Assembly: GCF_009914755.1 (NCBI RefSeq)
Contig: NC_060947.1
Length of the DNA stretch: 64,000 nucleotides
Source of the DNA: the human T2T-CHM13v2.0 reference genome, Homo sapiens
Strand: one strand, 5' to 3'
The position numbers and the translations under genes were made by a program. Of the stretch, positions 1 through 12,582 are shown in pieces (position 1 is the first letter of the stretch; every line of letters starts with the position of its first letter). The notes under the pieces were generated by a model. That model made no database searches. It saw nothing but the letters and a program-made list of their open reading frames with translations, and was not told the origin of the DNA.

Positions 1-190
1 GGCTAACCCAGGCTTGTTCACATAACATCTTAGAGTTCCAAGAACAAGAGTGTAAGTCCTTAAATGTAAACACTTTTCAAGTCTCTGCCTACATTGTATT
101 TATTGTGATCATAGTGGCCAAAGCATATCAAAAGGCCACCCCAGATTGAAGGGGAAGAGAAAGACTTCACCTCTTGAAAAGAGAACACAA
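1..190 (-). mobile_element. MLT1-family (ERVL-MaLR) LTR fragment
   Basis: Reverse complement resembles the MLT1 LTR 5' half (cccttcaatctggggtggcc...tgctttggcca...agagacttgaaaagtg) and is homologous to the copy at 6411-6901. Confidence 0.65.
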
Positions 191-194
191 GTAG

Positions 195-561
195 AGGTTT
201 GAAAAGCCCTTGCACATTGGAGTTTGCTCTCTCACTGTGCTTGGGACCCTGAAGCACTGTATGACAAGCCTAGTATAGCCTGCTGGAGATTGAGGCTACA
301 GGGAAGAGAATTAAGGTGCCCCAGCTAATAGCCTGCCAATCACCAGACATGTGAGTGAGGCTGTCCTGTATCATCTGGCTTCCAGCTGATCCACCAGCTG
401 AGTATAGACATGTGAGAGAGCTGAGCAGAGATCAGCAGAGTCAGCCCAGATTTTTAAATCACCTGGTCAACTCACAGAATTGTGAGCTAAATAAAATATT
501 TATTGATTTAAGCCACTGTGGTTTGGGGTGGTTCGTTACACAACAAAAGCTAACCAGTACA
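195..561 (+). mobile_element. MLT1-family LTR (3' part)
   Basis: Typical MLT1 3' end: ccagacatgtgagtgagg...aataaa...tttaagccactgtggtttggggtggttcgttacacaacaaaagctaaccagtaca. Confidence 0.75.
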
Positions 562-626
562 GGGGGCCTCGATTAAGAAACCAGACTGAATCAGAGAATA
601 ATATATGATCCTATGTGGTTAGGTCT

Positions 627-936
627 TGTAGCTGACAGTATTAATGCCCCACCCTTAATTGGTCAGGCCTTACCATTTCTGTCCATGTTTATCTGACTTC
701 CAACTGCCAATTTCTGCATTTTTTTTGCCAAAGGGCTTTCTCTGGGCACCAGAGCCCACCTTGCCTGTGCACACAGTGGGCCAGAAGTTCTGGAGAATTG
801 ACATTTACTATGAGCAGCCTTCAACCAATGATGAATGGGAGTTCATGTATATATAACCCAATAACTTGCAAAGTGAACAATATTTTCCAGACCATCTCCT
901 GGAGTTCCCCAGTGGGACTGTGCTCCAGGAATTGGT
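627..936 (+). mobile_element. LTR16-family (ERVL) solo LTR, interrupted by the CBX1 retrocopy
   Basis: tgtagctgacagtatt...ccagaagttctggagaattgacat...ccaatgatgaatgggagtt...ggagttccccagtgggactg; similar to other LTR16-like copies in the window. Confidence 0.65.
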
Positions 937-948
937 AAAGAGCTTCCA

Positions 949-3159
949 GGTTCAGCAGAGGGGAGGACTGCTGGCCAGGGCCTTTGATATGCTGCTTCAG
1001 TGAGGGGATCCATTGCCGCCACCCTGCTTGCTGCCTTCCTGGGTGCCACTCCCCCAGTGAGTCCAACATGACATGCTCCTCTCAGGCTCTTGAATGCTGC
1101 TCTGAGCAGTGTCACCCTTTACACTAGAAAGCTGTCAGAAACTATGGGGGAAAAATAAAACAAGAAGGAAATAGAGGAGGTGCTAGAAGAGGAGGAAGAA
1201 AATTATGTGGTGGAGAACATTGTTGACTGTAACTGGTAAAGAGCAAAGTGGAGCACCTCCTAAAGTGGAAGAGTTTCTTAGATGAGGATGACTCCTGGGA
1301 GCCAGAAGAGAACCTGGATTGTGCGACCTCATTGCTGAGTTTCTACAGCCACAGAAAATAGCACCTGAGACAGATAGATCAGAAAGAGGCAAGTGCAAAG
1401 CTTATTCTCATTCTGAAGATAAGGGAGAGGAGAGCAAACCAGAGAAGAAAGAAGAGTCAGAAAAGCCACGAGGCTTTGCTGGGCTTTGGAGCTGAGCAGA
1501 TTATTGGAGCTACAGACTCCAGTGGAGAGCTCATGTTCCTGATGAAATGGGAAAACTCTGATGAGGCTGACCTCGTCCCCGTCAAGGAAGCCAATGTCAA
1601 GTGCCCACAGGTTGTCATATCCTTCTATGAGGAAAGGCTGATGTGGGCATTCCTACCTCAGGAGGGCAATGGCAAAAAAAGATGGCAAGAATTACTTCTC
1701 CTGAGCACCAGCCCCTGTCACTTCTGGCTGGGAGTTTCAAGTGGGGAGAGAAGGGGTTAAGACTTGTGTTGACATCACAGAGGTGGCTTGAGAAGATGTC
1801 CTTTGAAGAGCCAGTATAGTCTCTGTGTCCTGCAGCAGGCCAAGTGCTTCAAAACTGTTCCCAGCTGTGTAGCTTGCACATGGTTCCAGTGGAGGGGAAG
1901 CGGGATAAGTGTTTCAAGGCAACCTTTGTTGCACTTTGCTGAGAAAAGCAAAGGGCTTTCTATGAAGGAGAAAACTTGCAGAATTGGGTGTGTGAGAGAG
2001 CAAAAAGATCCTCAAAGAGCATCTCCACAACCCTCAGCCTTCTTCCCAATAGTGTCAACTCTGCGTTTTTAGAGTGTAGCATTAGGTAGTTTTTGGCTAT
2101 TACTGGTGTATGCTTTGGGGGAGGGAGAGATGGAGTGGGGAGAAATGGAGATGGGTAGCCTCATTTTTATTACCATTTGGGACCAGATTGGGAAAATAGT
2201 GAAACAATGGAAAGGGCAATGATTTGTTTCTATGTCCAGAATATTTTACATTAAAAATGTCATTGGTACCATAAATAAGGACTGTGAAAGAATGTTTAAA
2301 AGCTGTTAATAAGCATGTTCATACCTCAGTGTCTTGTGTATCCCAAAAGTATATACACCCCCTATGTACCCACAAAAATTATTTTTTAATTAAAAAACCT
2401 GAATGTCTGAAACCTGTAAGCCAAGGTATTCCCTGCTTGAATTTAATCCTGTTCCCCACAAAGAACTAAGCCAGATCATAAGTTACCAAAGCTGCCATTT
2501 TGCAGATGGAAATTGACTGAGGAGGGAAAACCTTTTATTGGAGCCTATACACAGGTGGATCATTCTGTCTTAGAGGTGCTAATTCCTGAAATTACAGAAG
2601 AAAACCCTTTATTTTCCAATTATGAAGTTATAAATATCAGCTTCGCCATCCAAGCCACAGGCTGAGGTGTTGGGGAAGGAGAAGAGGGTGATAGAGGAGA
2701 TGGAAGAGTAGGGAAAGGCAAGGGCCTATGCTCAGGATGGAGAACTCTTGGAGCCTTTCTGTTTGTTGAGCTTTGAACTCTGAAACCATTGGTGGCAGGT
2801 TTCAATCACTGACAGCACAAGTTTCATTGAATCAGTTTAGGAGGTGAATGATTTCAAAAGCCTTTGTATCAGGAGAAGATTAAACTTTCATACTGGGGCA
2901 GTGGTTCACTTTAAAACAAAACAAAACAAAACAAAAAACATTTTAAAAGGAAATCCTAAGAATTAAGTGATACTCAAAATGCTCTGTGTTAAGTCAGGAG
3001 CTCCATCAGTTCTTGATGTCATCTAGACTTGCATCTAGAGCTACGTCGTAAAATTGTTTTAGGCATGTGTTAGGTTTCTGTGAAAACTTTGTTTACATGT
3101 AAACTTCGTACCACGCTGTCAATTTTTGTCTTAATAAAACTATTGATTTATGTTTTTAA
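949..3159 (+). pseudogene. CBX1P: Full-length processed pseudogene of CBX1 (HP1-beta; chromodomain plus chromoshadow domain)
   Basis: ATG at 1144 reads MGEK*NKKEIEEVLEEEEENYVVE (CBX1: MGKKQNKKKVEEVLEEEEEEYVVE), with TAA at 1156-1158 and frameshifts. WEPEENLD is visible, and the chromoshadow [47 protein letters not shown] appears in ORF 1476-1760. Intronless, with a CpG-decayed 5'UTR, about 1.45 kb of 3'UTR, AATAAA at 3133-3138, and a degenerate TSD aaagagcttcca (937-948) / aaagcacttcca (3160-3171). Confidence 0.95.
2313..2397 (+). mobile_element. Very short L1 3'-end insertion (L1MA1-3-like) inside the pseudogene 3'UTR
   Basis: tgtatcccaaaagtatatacaccccctatgtacccacaaaaatt plus an A-rich tail matches the L1MA-type terminus tgtaccccataaatatatacacctactatgtacccacaaaaatt. 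Confidence 0.7.
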
Positions 3160-3489
3160 AAAGCACTTCCATCATCACCTCCCTGCTCTTGTCTCATTCA
3201 TCTTTAGCCTGATTTGGAACCATACGGCTCATTTAGGCTGTGTCACTGGCTGAAGCTGGACATTTGCACGCAAAAAATTTGGCATGATGATTTTGAAGTG
3301 GGGAGGGGAGGGGAGAGCTTTTGATATGGTTATCAGAGATAGAATGAAGGTCAAGGATAGGAAGAAACTGGGAGACAAGAGAGAGGAATGAGACTGGGGA
3401 GAGATCGTCTGTATCTTATATAGCAAGAAACAAAAGTTACAAGTTTAATGTGTTCATTTTTCTTTTAATAGTCTTTTTTCTTCCAATAC

Positions 3490-4045
3490 TATTTTTAGGT
3501 GTGTGCTTGTTTGATGTATAATTTACATATAGTGAAATACATAGATCTTCAATGAGCTTTAGTAAATGTATATGCCTGTATAAGCCCCTCACAAATCAAG
3601 ATATAGAGCATTTCAATCACCCCCAGATTGTTCCCTTGTGCCCCTTTGTAGTCATTCCTCATTCTTCACCAGAGGCAATCGCTACTGTGATTTCTGTCAT
3701 TATATATTATAATTGGCTATTCCAGAATTTCATAAAAGTGAAATCATACAGTATGTACTCTTTTATGTCTTGCTTCTTTACTCAATACAATGTTTTTGAG
3801 ATTATCCATGTTGTTGTATATATCAGTAGTTCATTCCTTTTTATTGCTGGATAGTGTTTCATTGTATGACTATAGTATAATTTATTTATAAATTCTCATG
3901 ATGGATATTTGCGTTGCTTCTTGTTTTTATCTATTCTGAATAAAGCTACTATGAGTATTCATTTACAAGTCTTCTTATGGGCATATATTTTCATTTCTCT
4001 TGAGTATATATCTAAGAGTGAAATTGCTGGATCATAGGGTAGGTG
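3490..4045 (-). mobile_element. Old L1M (MC/ME-type) 3' fragment
   Basis: aatttacatatagtgaaat...atcagtagttcattcctttttattgctg...aaattgctggatcataggg; reverse frame PYDPAISLLDIYSREMK resembles the ORF2p C-terminus. Confidence 0.75.
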
Positions 4046-4949
4046 TGAAGCATTTGCTCTGGTTGCCTTTGCGACTGACTCAGTTTCCCCAGCCCTCTGC
4101 CTTGCCTGCCTTCCTTCAGGGTCTAGAGTACTAAGATTCCAGCAAGCATTCTGTGGAGGGGCCTCATGCATTCCCCTGCAAGTTTCAGAGCAGGAAATAG
4201 GGGAGGGTGAGGAAATAGCATAGGGCTAGAAGTTAAGCATGAGTGATTAGGCGACCAGGGTCTAGTCTTGGTTTTTCCATTAATAATTTTGAGGCAAGTA
4301 ATTTTCTGACCTTTAATCTTCCCCATTGGCTGCTCTTCAAGACTCCTTCCGGATGGTTCTACACCTGTCTTGTGAGTTCGTAATAGATGCTCAATTAGAA
4401 TTTGTTTCCCTATGTAGGAGAGGGAAAAGTATTAAGTTATTTGTTTTTCTTCTGACTACAAAACATTAACGTAGTTATTTTTTCACTTATTTTCCTGCCT
4501 TCTGATAAGGGCAGGTGCTAAGGATGATGTTTTGTTTTTGTGACCTGGATGGCTGATAAAGGATACAAATAGGGGAAGCCAAGAGAGACCAGACTAGAAG
4601 GAAGAGGAGGCTCTAGAAGGACAGCAAATAGATGATGAGGGAGTGTGTGTTTGTGTGTGTGCATGTGTGTGTACGTTGGGGGTGCTAGCATAAAAGCAAG
4701 AGAACAAAAAACACACAGAGAGAAGATGGTTGCCACAAGGAGTAAACTTTGGGGAAAAAATATGTTTTGAAGCAGTTTTGCTGAGTCATGATCAATGTCA
4801 ACAACTCTTTTCCCCCTTACTGAGAAAATTGCAGAAATAGATCCATCATTCTACAGTCTTTTCAGGCTTGGATATGTATTTCTAATGACCTTAAGGCCAG
4901 AGGAGAATTTTCCAAAGGGACCCTATGATATTTAGGTTGAACAAATGAA

Positions 4950-5390
4950 AGTGTTAGGATAAAAGCTAACGTGCTGTAACAAAGACACCTAACAACATCA
5001 TAGCCTACAGAACCAGGAAGTTGATTTGTCTTTCAGGTAACAATTCAGAGGTGCATGATCCAGATTGGTGAAACAAATCTCCTCCACAGTCAATCAGAAA
5101 CCCAAGGTCCTTCTATTGTGTGGCTCTGAGGTATTGTTATCTGTATAGTTGAAGCTAGATTGCTGTGGGTTCCAGTTGGTGGGAAGAAGAAAGATAGCAT
5201 GGAGACAGGCCTACCATCTTAAATTCTAATTCTGGAAGTGGCATACATTACTTCTTCTCACATTCCATTGGCCAGAATTCAACCATATGATGAAGCCTAA
5301 TCTCAAGGGACACAGAAGTGTAGTCAAGCCGTGTGCCCAGCAAGAAGGGGAGAGTGGATTGTAAGGGACAACTGGCAGTCTTTACCCCAA
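4950..5390 (-). mobile_element. MLT1 (J/K-like) LTR
   Basis: gctgtaacaaa...ctggaagtggcatacattacttcttctcacattccattggccagaa...gtgtgcccagcaagaaggggag. Confidence 0.65.
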
Positions 5391-6410
5391 AGAGGAAGCC
5401 CTTAAATCCCCCAAGGGACTGCTCGGGGGGCCATTTTATTCATGTCCTGAGGGAATAGCAATATTCTTCAGGCTTCTTTGAGACTTTTTTCTACTCTGGC
5501 CTATCCTGCATCTGTCTTGTGTGTGTGCACTCACGCCATGGGCTTTGGGCAAGGGGATTATTTACAGTTCTTGAATCCTTGCTTGATACCAACTTAGGCT
5601 AGAGCTGCAAGTGCTTCAGGAGCAGGGTAAAGCAGGAGGGAAGCAAGCTAAAGGGCTCTGTCCCTTCTCCCACATGTTTGTCTCACAGTGGGGAGTTGAA
5701 ACTGAAGTCTCAAGTCCCTCTCCTTTCCTGGAAAATCTTCCCTAGCCAGATGTGTCCTTTTCTACTCACCTTCATTATCCAATAATCTTTTTTATTCCGT
5801 CTTTCCTCACAGACCCCAATAGTGTTGACTGACTATGACAGTATGTAATTGAATGCAGAGTATTCTCCCTCCAATATGATTAGTTAACCTTCATCCCATA
5901 TGCAGTTAAATCACCTTCAAAAAGATGCAGCTAATGTCTCCAGGCTACAAATTCCTCCTGAGGTGTTGAGTGGTATGTGCTTGGGTGTTCCTCCATGGTG
6001 ACATCAATGCCAATTTTATTAACTGAGCACTTCCTCTCCTCTTTCTCTCTCTTCTTTCATGACTTTGACTCTTCAGTTTTTCTTTATTCCAAGCCCTCCA
6101 TGGCCTGTGAGCCAAGTCCACACTGCCAACAGGTCCCTTGGAATGGCATCCTATATTTGGCTTGTAACCAGACTCTGGGGACATCTATATGGCAGTCATA
6201 GTTGATTAGGGAAATGGAGAATTTTCTTTTCAAGAGAAAGAGCTAGAGTTTAATTAATATCAGGGCAAAATGGTTCATATCAAAATAAATTATATTCTCT
6301 AGCTGCTAGAACAGCTGTTGAACAAAACACATTCTCTAGCAAGTGAGAAGAAGGATGACAACCTGCAGATCTTAAATGAGAAGAGAATTGGAAAAGCAAA
6401 AACAAGCAGG

Positions 6411-6901
6411 TGTGGTAGGTTATATTAATAATGGCCCCCATATATTTCCCCTTCCTGTGGCATCACAAATCTTCCCATTAAGAGATGGTATCTATTTCTT
6501 TACCCCTTGAGTCTGGGCTGGTCTCGTGACCTGCTTTGGCCAATGGGACATTGGCAAACATAAAGCAAGCAGACTCTTGAAATGTGTTTGTGCATTGAGG
6601 CTTTCTCTCTTGTGGCTCTTGAAACCCTGAGGCCCAAGCTAGACTGCTGCATGATGAGAAACATGTAGCTGCCTTCATCACCCCAGCCAGTAGCTTGCCA
6701 ATGCTGGACATATGTGTGAGGCCATGCTAGGTCACCCAGCCTCTCGATTACTCATTAGCTGACTCCAGGCAAATGAGATATCTCAACCTAGACCAAAAGA
6801 ACTACTTGGACAAACCTCAGAATTGTTCTAAGTAAATGGGGACTGTTTTAAGACAATAAGTTTTGGGGTGGCTTGTGATGTAACAAAAGCTAACTGATAC
6901 A
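6411..6901 (+). mobile_element. MLT1 (G/H-like) solo LTR
   Basis: tgtggtagg...aatggcccc start; ends ttttggggtggcttgtgatgtaacaaaagctaactgataca. Confidence 0.75.
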
Positions 6902-7779
6902 ACTAAGCAGCCCGTGCATATATGTTTGCATGTCTACCTGTGTGTTTCTATACGTGTGTCTCTTGTCTCTTACATCTTCCCCCATATCCATAACAAATCT
7001 TCCCAACATGTCCTGAAATCAGTACAGTCAGTTAAGACCTTTACTCGGTTGCTCTGTAGGACCTTCAAGCTTGGAAAATAAACATGTAGTAAAGGAGTGA
7101 ATCTCCTTTTTCCTCTCTCATTCCTTTCCTGTCCCATGCTCCCGAACTTGGAGCCTGGCCTGGCCAATCTGAAGGAAGGTGGTACCTATTATAGAATGCC
7201 CTATATTCCTCATTTCCCTGGAGACATTGCTTCTCCCTGGCAGCCCCAGCAAGAGGGATGAAAGAAGATATGTGTGTGCCCCTAGGTTCTTCCAATCCTA
7301 GGGAAACGAAGGACTACTATTGGTGCTTTCTTCCTTCTCGTCATGGGGTTTAGATACCAGAATCTTACAGCCTCTCCCACTGCACCTCATACCCCACAAG
7401 TGTTGGCTGTTGCTGATGGCTTTTTTAGGCAAGTTCCCAAAGAGTGTTCTTATATATCAGATGTGGCTATTGGTTCTTAAACCACATATTTGGCATTTCT
7501 GGGTATGTGGAGTGGGGGACTCCTTTGGTTAGACAAAGCCCACATGAGATCCTGTCTTTACTGTTAGTTTTCCATATTTGAGTGGGCAAGGTTGGCCTAA
7601 TTATTACTTGGCCTCTATAAAATATGTTGATTTTATTTTGGAAGATACTGTAGTAATTCTAGTTTTTATGAAATGAAAGTGGCTAGCAATAGGACTCCTT
7701 TCTTTCAATTTTCTCTGTCCCACTTTCCCCGCCCCATTTCTATACATGTTTCAGCCATGAAAATCATTTTTATTTCTTT

Positions 7780-8460
7780 AAAACAGCTTCACTGAGGTAT
7801 AATAAAGGAAAAAAAGTATAAAAGTTACCTGTTTAAAGTGTATAATTCAATGGCCTTTAGCAAATATACAGAGTTGTGCAACCATTAATGCAATCCAGTT
7901 TTAGGAGATTTCTATCTGCATTACTCCACTCTCACAGTGCAATAAAGAAATATCCGAGACTGGGTAATTTATAAAGAAAAGAGATTTACTTCGTGCATGG
8001 TTCTGCAGGCTGTACAGGAAGCATGGCAGCATCTGCTTCTGGGGAGGCCTCAGGGAGCTTTTACTCATGGCAGAAGGCAAAGTGGGAGAGGCATCTTACA
8101 TGGCAGGAGCAGGACCGAGAGAGAGAGGATAGATGCCACACACTTTTAAACAACCAGATCTCATGATAACTCTATCATGAGAACAGCACTAGGGGGATGG
8201 TGTTAAACCATGAGAGACCACCCCCATGATTCAATCACCTCCCATAAGACCCCACCTCCAACACTGGGGATTTCAATTCAACATGAGATTTGGGTGGGGA
8301 CACAGACTCAAACCATATCACCATCATACCCAGAGATCTCTTGTGCCATTTGCTGTCAGTCCCCATTCCCACTCTCAGTCCAAGGAAACCACTAATCTAT
8401 CTTCTGTCTCTATAGGTTTGCCTGTTCTGGACATTTTATATAAATGGAATCATACAATAT
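7780..8460 (-). mobile_element. Old L1MB-like 3' fragment split by an MST LTR
   Basis: acagagttgtgcaaccatt...; resumes after 8325 with ggaaaccactaatctatcttctgtctctataggtttgcctgttctggacattttatataaatggaatcatacaatat. Confidence 0.7.
7917..8320 (-). mobile_element. MST (MSTA/B) solo LTR
   Basis: gagactgggtaatttataaagaaaagag...ggttctgcaggctgtacaggaagcatggc...gagatttgggtggggacacagactcaaaccatatca; near-TSD ctatc/ccatc. Confidence 0.85.
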
Positions 8461-8585
8461 GGGAGGGTTTTTTTTAAAAAAAATAAAGACAATACTTAGG
8501 ATAAAAATTTGCTAAAGACATAAACATGTTTACAAAAGTTGCTCTTCCTTTGAAAGGTTGATTCATGAGTATGAGCAAGATAACC

Positions 8586-9600
8586 TATCTTGGTTTGAGT
8601 TCTCTCAAAGAAGATGCCAAGGCAAGGACTTGAGGGTAGGTAGTTTATTTGGGAGGTAATCACAGGAAACAAAAGTGAGGAAGTGGGGAGAATGAGACAC
8701 AGAGGGGAGAAAATACAAAACAAATAAAAAGCATACAGTGAGAATATTACCACTGTGGACAACTGGGGCTCAATTCCACTGAAGATTGCCTGAGAAACCA
8801 CATGGTGTGTGCTTCTGCAGAAGCTAGGGTGTTTATCTGCCATGCTAGTTCACTAATGCTGTGTAACAAATTACCCTAAATGTAGCAGTTTAAAGCAACA
8901 ATTAACATTTATACTCTCTCACTGTTTTAAGGGTCAGGAATTTGAGGTTGGATTAGTTGGATGGTTCTGGCTTGGGGGTCTCCCTTTAAGATTGCAGCAA
9001 GCTGTTGGCTGAGGCTGCAGTCAACTGAAGGCTTGACTGGGGTTGGAGGATCTGTTTCTGAGATGGCGCACTCACCTGGCTGACAACTCAGTTGCTAGCT
9101 GTTGAAGGAGGCCTCAGCTCTTTACCACATGGCCCTCTCTGTAAGGTTACTTGAGTGTCCTCACAATATGGCAGCTGGCTTCCCCCAGAGCAAGTGATCC
9201 AAAAGACAACAAGGTGGGAGCAGCAATGCTTTTTGTGATCCAGCCTTTAAAGTTGCACACCATTATTTCCTGCTATATTATATTGGTTGCAAAGGTCAGC
9301 CCTATTTTTTTGTGAGGAGGACTGCACAAGGGCATGAATACCACGAGGCAAGGATAATTGAGGTCGCTTTCAATCCCGAATACCATATCCATTAACTCCT
9401 GTTCTTCACTGGTTGAGGGTTATCCTGTGCAGGCTGATTAAGCTCCAGGAGGGACTGCTGGAAGCCTCAGGCAGAGGGTTAATAGGCGTTTGAGGTGAGA
9501 AGCCACCAACCTTCCAGGAATTATCTACTGTCGCTTCAGGTAAACTCAGAGATGGGCCTATAGGGGCTATGGGACAAAGCCTCACAAGCATCTTCCAGAT
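8586..9600 (-). mobile_element. LTR16-family LTR interrupted by an MLT1
   Basis: gcaaggacttgagggtaggtagtttatttgggagg...ttaccactgtggacaactggggctcaattccact; continues after 9388. Confidence 0.65.
8843..9387 (-). mobile_element. MLT1 (F-like) solo LTR
   Basis: gctgtgtaacaaattaccctaaa...gggtcaggaattt...tgaaggcttgactggggttggaggatc...tggcagctggcttcccccagagcaagtgatccaa. Confidence 0.75.
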
Positions 9601-9706
9601 GCCCCAAGGATGCCATTACTGAGACAATTTTTCAGGTCAGCCATTGATAATGAAAAGAGAAATCTTCCACAGCTCAGACTTATAGGTGGAACAAAATGGT
9701 AGGTCG

Positions 9707-9766
9707 TCAGTGAGGTATTTATACCTTTGGAATGCCTCAGTGAGGTATTTATACCTTTGGAATGCC
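9707..9766. repeat. Perfect 30-bp tandem duplication
   Basis: tcagtgaggtatttatacctttggaatgcc x2 (9707-9736, 9737-9766). Confidence 0.95.
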
Positions 9767-10231
9767 CTCTAGGTGACTGCCACACCAGACTGAGCTTTGG
9801 ATTTTTGTAAGCCCATTATCCCCAGAGAAACAGCTCCCAGAACACCAAAACCACCCTGCTCCTCATATTGCTACTGAGTATAAAATCACAGGCCAGTCCT
9901 GGGCAGAAGTCCAGCCACATTCTTGATATGTGGGAAGGGAGCTGGATTCAAAGACAGAAGTCAAGATTTAGAGCCTCAATATGGTGAAGGTCCCTCTCAA
10001 GGTAACCTGGGGTAGCAGGAAATGATGACATACCAATGCTTGGAAACACTGCCAAGCACTGGATTTAAATCACTGACATCAATGGGCTCCATCACTCATG
10101 CCGCTGAAATCTGCTATCCTATAAAGGATCAAAAGCAGGGGGAGATAGGGGAAGGTAGGAACAGGATAACAGAGAGAGGAGAGGAAACAGGCCTATAACT
10201 GAGTTAGGCCCCTTGCTGAATGGCCAAAGCT

Positions 10232-10363
10232 AGAGGAACCATATGTCCTGCCTGGTCCAGGACAATTCTGGTTTAACCTGTTGTTCTGGAATAGTTATCT
10301 ATAGCACCTCCTCCTACTCTCAAAAGCATCTAGGTTAGGGTGGTAAATTACATATTTATCTTA
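10232..10363. mobile_element. MER94-like hAT-Blackjack MITE
   Basis: ccatatgtcc...ggacaattctggttt...cctgttgttctgg...actctcaaaag...aaattacata resembles MER94. Confidence 0.55.
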
Positions 10364-10369
10364 CTCATA

Positions 10370-10590
10370 GCACACTGTACTGTCCCAAACATAATCTTTC
10401 TCATAATCAGTTATATATGTTTACTGTCTGTCTTGTCTGCTTAGCTGTGATTTCTGGGTGGATAGGGACCACGTCTAACTTTTACACTACTCTATCTGAA
10501 GTATTGGCATTTGTGAAGTGCTCAATATATACTTTGCTTACTTATTGAATGCATGAATGAGTGAATGAGTGACTGAATCAATGAATGGAT
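10370..10590 (+). mobile_element. L2 3' end
   Basis: gtgctcaatatatacttt...gaatgcatgaatgagtgaatgagt (GAAT)n terminus. Confidence 0.65.
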
Positions 10591-11801
10591 ACACTAGCTC
10601 TGTTTAAAAAGATGTGGTATGATTGGAATGAACTGAGGGGAAGGAAGGGGGAAGTCATTAAGTCTAAAATTCCAAGGGGAGCCATAGGAAGTGTGTTTTA
10701 AATCCCCAGGTCAAGGCTTTATTCAAATGTATTCCTTTTATTTAGTTCCAGCAGCTCTGGGGCCAGATGGTGTGTGCTCACAAATAGAGCTGCTGCTGGT
10801 GAAAAGTACGGGGCTGTGAAATGTTCAGAAAAGCCCCGAGTGTGAGTCAGCAGGCTTTGCATCTCTGCTCTCTAAGGGTCTGCTCTGTCAGCAAGTGGTT
10901 CTAAAAGCCAAGAAATTGTGTTTTCTGTCGCATGGGACTGTAATGCACATCTTCTGTATTATTTCCTTTTTAGGGAGAGGGACCCAAGCATTTTGCCACC
11001 AAATAAGGACCATTTATGGACTACTCAGTCACATTTGCTGAGAGCTAGCTGGGGCTGCCACGTGATTCTAAGCATAAACTTTAGCCCATCTCACAGAGCC
11101 AAGAGTGCAGGCACAGTGTTCATGAGATCAGAAAAAAAAATGAGAAATGAAAGTTGAAGCCAGATTTCTGCATAAACTGCTATATGGTGGCTAATTTAGA
11201 GGGGAAACTTCAATATCTTTAGTGGTAAGGTTTGATTTACCATCCCAGCTTGTCCAAGGACATTAAAAACTCCTAAGCATTTGGGTCTTAAATTCCCCAA
11301 CAGAAGTTGCTATTATTATTTTTCGTTTAGATTTTAGAAATAGAGTGAGGACACTTCATAAGTCATAATACCTGGCTTTTCTTTCTTATTCTGCCATTAG
11401 GTTGTTGTTTAGCAACCTACTTAACATTTTTTTTGTTAGATGTTTTTCTTCTAAAGTGGGAATCACTATGCTGACTACATCATTATAACACTAATGCCCT
11501 GTACATTATTATTATAAATATTGATAAAATATTCACATCCTCCCATTCCAGTCCTTTCCAAGCATAATTCCAGAACACACCCTTCAAAAGTCCCCCCAAA
11601 ATTAGAAAATTTCACAGCAAACTGTCTGATACCTAGTACCTACTAGAATACACATAATTATAGTACAATAGCAACAGGCTAAGGAAGTAGATAGTAAGTA
11701 GTCACATTATAGTTGAAAGGCAGAAGATAGATAGAATTTAAATAGTCAAGCAGGAGAAAGGGCCTTCCAAGAAGGAGAACAACATTGGTAAAGTCATGGA
11801 G

Positions 11802-12023
11802 CAGGGGCTGGCAAACTGCAGCCTGCAAACCAGATCCAGCCTGCCATGATTTTGTAAATAAAGTTTTATTGGGACACAGACATGCTCATTCATCTATGTA
11901 TTGCCTATGGCTGTTTTCATGCTATAGCAGTAGAGTTGGGTAATTGTGACAGAGACTGTATGGCCCCCAAAGACTAAAATATTTACTATTTAGCCCTTTT
12001 ATAGAAAAAGTTTTGTAAGTCTT
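11802..12023 (+). mobile_element. MER58A hAT-Charlie MITE
   Basis: caggggctggcaaact...tttgtaaataaagttttattgg...gacagagactgtatggccc...aaaatatttactat...agaaaaagttt. Confidence 0.8.
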
Positions 12024-12582
12024 AACACAGACCATGGTGGAAGTGGAGTCTAGGATTTTTCCTGATCAGAATGGGGTTTCAGAGAATGTGAGTTTGAACA
12101 GAATGGATGGGGCCAGGTGACAGAGATCTTCAAAGCCATTGTGGTAGGAAGCAGGGAGCAGGCTCATGGGGAGTGGACATTGCTTTTCTCACCCTGCAGT
12201 AAATCAGTCTCAGTCCCAGATACTGAGAATATAGAGGAATGGAAATTGCTTAAATTTATTGACTATGTCTATCCTATCTGTCAATCCATCCATCTATTCA
12301 TCTGTCCACTGAGCATATATTTATTTATTCTTACAGAATCATGTTGTTACTCAAATAAAACATGGTAACTGTAGGGAAAAATATTTTGAAAAATACAAAT
12401 GAGGCCCGCCCCTGCAAAGTAGAAAACCACCCGTAATCCAACTAACCATAGATAAAACCACTGTTAAATTTCAGTGTGTGTCCTTTTAATCTTTTTTATT
12501 GCAAAGAAAAAGAAGTTTTGGTTAGGTGCATACTATATGCCAGGCAGTATGCTAAGCATTGAGGATACAAAATGGTGTAAGC

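Noticed and set aside
1476-1760. 94-aa chromoshadow ORF as a functional gene
   Set aside because: TTG start, frameshifted C-terminus, and embedded in a disabled processed pseudogene.
9707-9766. CRISPR-like 30-bp repeat
   Set aside because: Two adjacent copies, no spacers, eukaryotic context, no cas genes.
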